A DNA stretch of 61,108 bases from a virus (Duplodnaviria > Caudoviricetes), in the IMG/VR virus record IMGVR_UViG_3300031949_000741, positions 1-61,108 of that record; one strand, written 5' to 3'. Made by a program: the position numbers and the translations under genes. Positions 57,421 to 61,108 of this stretch are shown piece after piece. The notes below the pieces were generated by a model. It searched no databases. It had not been told where the DNA came from and was given only the letters and a program-made list of their open reading frames with translations. Position 1 is the stretch's first letter; every line of letters begins with the position of its first letter.

Positions 57421-60400
57421 ACTGTACATTAACACAGGAACAGCTCGATAGTCACCTTAAGAAGGTAGACGGGGATCTCAGGACAATTCTGAAGTCTGGC
57501 ACCCCTTTTGACTTGCCTTCTTATATCAGATCTATATATGACAGGGTACTTTCCAAGAGTAATGATAAGGCTCTTGCGCAAACCTATGCCCAGCTCGTGC
57601 CTGAGAACATACAGAGAGTTATATCCTTTAATCCAGAGGTTCGTAAGCACGTAACCAAGACTACAGATATGAACCGGTTCTACCAGGTAATATCTGACTT
57701 CGAGAACTTCCAAAATGTAGAAGACTTCCTGGGTATAGGAGAGGGGATAGAGGAAGATGTGAAAGATGCTGCAGCAAGTGAGAATGAGAACTCACTTAAT
57801 CCTGTGCAGGAACCAGAGCTGACTCCTCATGAACTCACAAAGTCAGTTGAGACTACCAGTACATGGAAAGCTAAGCCCTCCTCGGGACTTACTACAACAG
57901 GACAGGAAGCTTTATATATAAACGGTAAACGTACTGATATAGCAGACCCCGACAAGGCCTTTCACTACAACATAGCCAGATCTATATTCAGAGCTCTTCA
58001 AACATCAGGTAAGGAAGACGGACAAGAGATAACTTATAGTAATCGCAGAGGCTTCCGACTCACAGCTATGTCATCTACCCAGATACCTTTTGATAATCTC
58101 TACAAGGGCCTGCAGGAATTTCTGGATAAGGGTGGGGAAGAAGCAAGAATAGCACATGAAAGAGGTGTATCTCTAGTCATAACAGATGTCTATGGCTTTC
58201 CTTATTACTTTAACGACAAGGGAGAGATCACAGGTTCAGATGAAGGAAAGATAGCTCATCTCGCTATGAGAGTACCTCTATTAGAGAACGATAGGTATAG
58301 TCTCAGGAAACAGAATATACAGTCTGTGGAAGAGATAGCCGCTAATCTTGGTATATCTGTAGAAGAAGCAGATAATCTCACCCAGAAGGAGTTCAGACAA
58401 CTTTATGCTATAAGAGAGTATATACTTGGCAACCCTGGGAACAACAAGGTTATAATGGATATAACCGGAGGAAGCTACGGGACTATCTCTAATGACTTCT
58501 CCAGGGATGGCAAACTTGTATCTACTCCCTTAAATACCCTCGATCTGAAGGGTAAGTCCTTTACTATCTATACATCTAAGGGTACAGAAGGAGAAACTGT
58601 AGGAGCTAACTATGTAAAGATAGAAGGGTTAGACAAGAGTCTTCAGGTAGACCGTCCCTTGGTAGGTAAAGACATGGCAGATAAACTCTCCTCCCTGCTT
58701 CTAGACGATCTTCATACTATAGATCCTATCTCGGGTGACCGTAGAAAGCTAACAGCACTTGAGAGAAAGAACATATTCAAGGCTTATGCACTTTCCTGGA
58801 AAGGTAAGCTGGATGTGATTCCCTCTGATACCTATAAGGAGCTTATCATAAGACTCAACACAGAGAAGTTAGATCTTTCAACTCCCCAGAAGATATCCGA
58901 AGCTAAGAAGCTGATATCAGACTACCTCTCCAGTCAGTTTATTAATATAGACTCCAATAGTCTCAGAACAGGCTATACTCACTTTGATATAGCAGGAGAT
59001 ATAATCAGGACCGAGAACCGCAACTACAGAGACTATCTCAAGAGCATCATCAGTGTCTTTGCACAGCCTAATGAGAAGAACCAGGTAGTGCAGCTTAATG
59101 CTTATCTCTCATTCAGAGTACCTGTAGAAGAACTTGATAAGATAGAGCCTTCCCGTAAGGAAGAGCTCGTACTACCCGACAAACCTGAGGTAGATGCAAC
59201 TATCACCCCGGAGACTCCCTCAGATAAACCTGTTACAGGTAAGTCAGCCAAGGACCGGTTTAAGGAACTCAGAAAGTCTAACCTCATGACTAATGATGCT
59301 ACGCCTGAGCAGATAGAAGCTGCTAAAAGATGGTATGAGTCAGGTCCCCTTTCGAAGCATCTCCCCTTCCAGGAAATGTTCAACATAGTGAACTCAGATG
59401 CTTTTGCCACCTGGACAACTAACGGCATCACTCTGTATAAGGGAGCTAATTATACAGATCTCTACCATGAGGCCTGGCACGGCTTCTCCCAGATGTACCT
59501 CACAAGAGATCAGAAGAAGAACTTATATAATGAAGTGAGGAAGATTAAGGGAAAGCTGACTACCCTCTCCGGTATGCAGGTGCCTTTCTCACTAGCCTCA
59601 GACTTCCAGATAGAGGAATATCTCGCAGAAGACTTTCGCAAATACGTACTATCAGATGGACGAACTCTACTTACCAACAGACCTACCAGAAATAACATAT
59701 TCCAGAGAATATGGGAGTTTATCAGATCTCTATTTTCCAGAGTGGGCACAAACGATGTCCTCACCCAGCAGCTGTCAGTATCAGGTATCCGTGAGCTGTA
59801 TGATAAACTTTGGTTTGGTAACATCAACGAGTACAGACCTGCTCTCAGCAACGTACAGTTTGGAGTCCTCAACAAAGGAGTAGAGAGACTTAAGGAAGAG
59901 GAGGGACAGCCACTGGACAAAGAGTATTCCCGGCAGCTGGTGAACACTATGGATTCTCTTATATCAGGTCTCATAGATGCCTCTAATCTCGAGACAGGAT
60001 CCTATCGGTTCACTTCTATGTTATTTCGTAACCCGGAAGGCCTTAGAATAGCCTATGACTACGTATTGAATGATCCTGATACAGGACTTCTGAAATTACG
60101 GGAGAAGGCTCGTCTGAAGATAACAGAGGCAGTTAATGATCTTGAGAGACAAAGAGCACAAGCCAGCCTGAATACACTTGATTTCGCTATCTTCAACTTT
60201 GGAGATGTTGATCTTGCAATCTCAGGAAGACTTACCAAGGGACTCATAGCTTATCATCTAACCAAGAGTAAGTACCTTGCCCCAGGCTTAAGAGAACTGG
60301 ATTTACAGGAAGAACAAGGAACCGATATAGAGGCCTTTGATAAAGGACTCAAGGGACATGACCGTAATGGCAATGAGCTTTCCATAAAGCAGCTGGCAAG

Positions 60401-61108
60401 TAAGGAGTCTCTGTATCTCATAAGAGGCCTGCACAAGGTTAAGAATAACCATCCTGTACTGGACAGATTTGGTGTACCTGAGCTTACTGACTTTAAGCAG
60501 GTCTTCGAAAGACTTACCAAGACCCTTACAGGTAGCTTAGATATGCAGGATATGTATAGCAGACTTGTGAAGGAGTCTAAGTCCATGCCAGAGATATCCC
60601 AGTTACTTACTAAGCTAGGAGCTCCTGTTAACTTTAAGGACTTCTCATCATATGATATGTGGAGAAAGTTCTACAGGGACTTCAGTAAGGTAGAGATACC
60701 ACTTATACAGGTAAATATAAATAAGTCCACCCGTGATGATAAGGGAGTAGACTATGAGACTGGTAAGGAGGTATATACTCTGACTATAGGTAACGTAGCA
60801 GCTAATATCAGACAGGTCCCAAGAAGGTTCCACCAAGAGTTCAGCACTACATTTGATAGTCTGTATATCTCCCGGGATTTCAGAGGAGCCCCCTCTGTTA
60901 ATGTTCCCAAGGTTCTTGAAGACTTCAGGAATATCAAAGGTAGGGAGCTGGAGTTTCTCAGAGCCGTAGGTTTCTATCTGGCAGATACTCCGGAGATAAG
61001 GGAAGCACTCAACGAGGGTAAGATCAATACTTACTTTCTCAAGAGAAAGCTACAGATATTACACAGTAAAGGAGTGAGCATAACTAATCCTTACAAACAG
61101 ATAGCGGA
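57417..61108 (+). CDS. Giant virion protein, 3' end outside the window; zincin domain, probably the virion RNA polymerase polyprotein
   Basis: ATGA overlap at 57417 (MNCTLTQEQL...); frame open to the window end; in-frame LYHEAWHGF (HEAWH at 59466-59480) and IEEYLAEDF. Confidence 0.75.
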   Translation, partial: MNCTLTQEQLDSHLKKVDGDLRTILKSGTPFDLPSYIRSIYDRVLSKSNDKALAQTYAQLVPENIQRVISFNPEVRKHVTKTTDMNRFYQVISDFENFQNVEDFLGIGEGIEEDVKDAAASENENSLNPVQEPELTPHELTKSVETTSTWKAKPSSGLTTTGQEALYINGKRTDIADPDKAFHYNIARSIFRALQTSGKEDGQEITYSNRRGFRLTAMSSTQIPFDNLYKGLQEFLDKGGEEARIAHERGVSLVITDVYGFPYYFNDKGEITGSDEGKIAHLAMRVPLLENDRYSLRKQNIQSVEEIAANLGISVEEADNLTQKEFRQLYAIREYILGNPGNNKVIMDITGGSYGTISNDFSRDGKLVSTPLNTLDLKGKSFTIYTSKGTEGETVGANYVKIEGLDKSLQVDRPLVGKDMADKLSSLLLDDLHTIDPISGDRRKLTALERKNIFKAYALSWKGKLDVIPSDTYKELIIRLNTEKLDLSTPQKISEAKKLISDYLSSQFINIDSNSLRTGYTHFDIAGDIIRTENRNYRDYLKSIISVFAQPNEKNQVVQLNAYLSFRVPVEELDKIEPSRKEELVLPDKPEVDATITPETPSDKPVTGKSAKDRFKELRKSNLMTNDATPEQIEAAKRWYESGPLSKHLPFQEMFNIVNSDAFATWTTNGITLYKGANYTDLYHEAWHGFSQMYLTRDQKKNLYNEVRKIKGKLTTLSGMQVPFSLASDFQIEEYLAEDFRKYVLSDGRTLLTNRPTRNNIFQRIWEFIRSLFSRVGTNDVLTQQLSVSGIRELYDKLWFGNINEYRPALSNVQFGVLNKGVERLKEEEGQPLDKEYSRQLVNTMDSLISGLIDASNLETGSYRFTSMLFRNPEGLRIAYDYVLNDPDTGLLKLREKARLKITEAVNDLERQRAQASLNTLDFAIFNFGDVDLAISGRLTKGLIAYHLTKSKYLAPGLRELDLQEEQGTDIEAFDKGLKGHDRNGNELSIKQLASKESLYLIRGLHKVKNNHPVLDRFGVPELTDFKQVFERLTKTLTGSLDMQDMYSRLVKESKSMPEISQLLTKLGAPVNFKDFSSYDMWRKFYRDFSKVEIPLIQVNINKSTRDDKGVDYETGKEVYTLTIGNVAANIRQVPRRFHQEFSTTFDSLYISRDFRGAPSVNVPKVLEDFRNIKGRELEFLRAVGFYLADTPEIREALNEGKINTYFLKRKLQILHSKGVSITNPYKQIA

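Noticed and set aside
13588-60937. Many antisense or alternate-frame ORFs in the track (e.g. 13588-14109, 27309-27848, 50568-51170, 59510-59974)
   Set aside because: Shadows of long, motif-supported genes with no independent signals
1-61108. tRNA, rRNA, integrase, retron or diversity-generating retroelement
   Set aside because: No cloverleaf, recombinase, reverse transcriptase or template/variable repeat pair recognised by eye; tRNAscan-SE would be needed to exclude atypical tRNAs

Overview
This is a 61-kb segment of a large crAss-like (Crassvirales-type) dsDNA phage. The host is probably a Bacteroidota: TAnnTTTG promoters precede most rightward operons, start codons lack Shine-Dalgarno sites and usually have A at -3. 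From left to right: a repeat-rich possible origin with a RepL-like gene (1-980); a leftward array of terminator/promoter/small-ORF cassettes sharing a CAACCCCTNA motif, including about 670 nt of densely structured, largely ORF-free sequence (985-4090); a GIY-YIG endonuclease; and a BCS1-type membrane AAA ATPase divergent from a seven-gene glycan operon (GT2, GT11, methyltransferase, sulfotransferase, FkbM methyltransferase, GT47, GT7). These are followed by receptor-binding and lysis genes, the crAss-like head module (terminase, portal, scaffold, major capsid), very Cys-rich fibre and ring proteins, and the muzzle. The window ends with large cargo genes and an unlisted open-ended ORF (57417 to the end) carrying a zincin HExxH motif, probably the virion RNA polymerase polyprotein. 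All calls come from motifs and synteny read by eye; no searches or folding programs were run.
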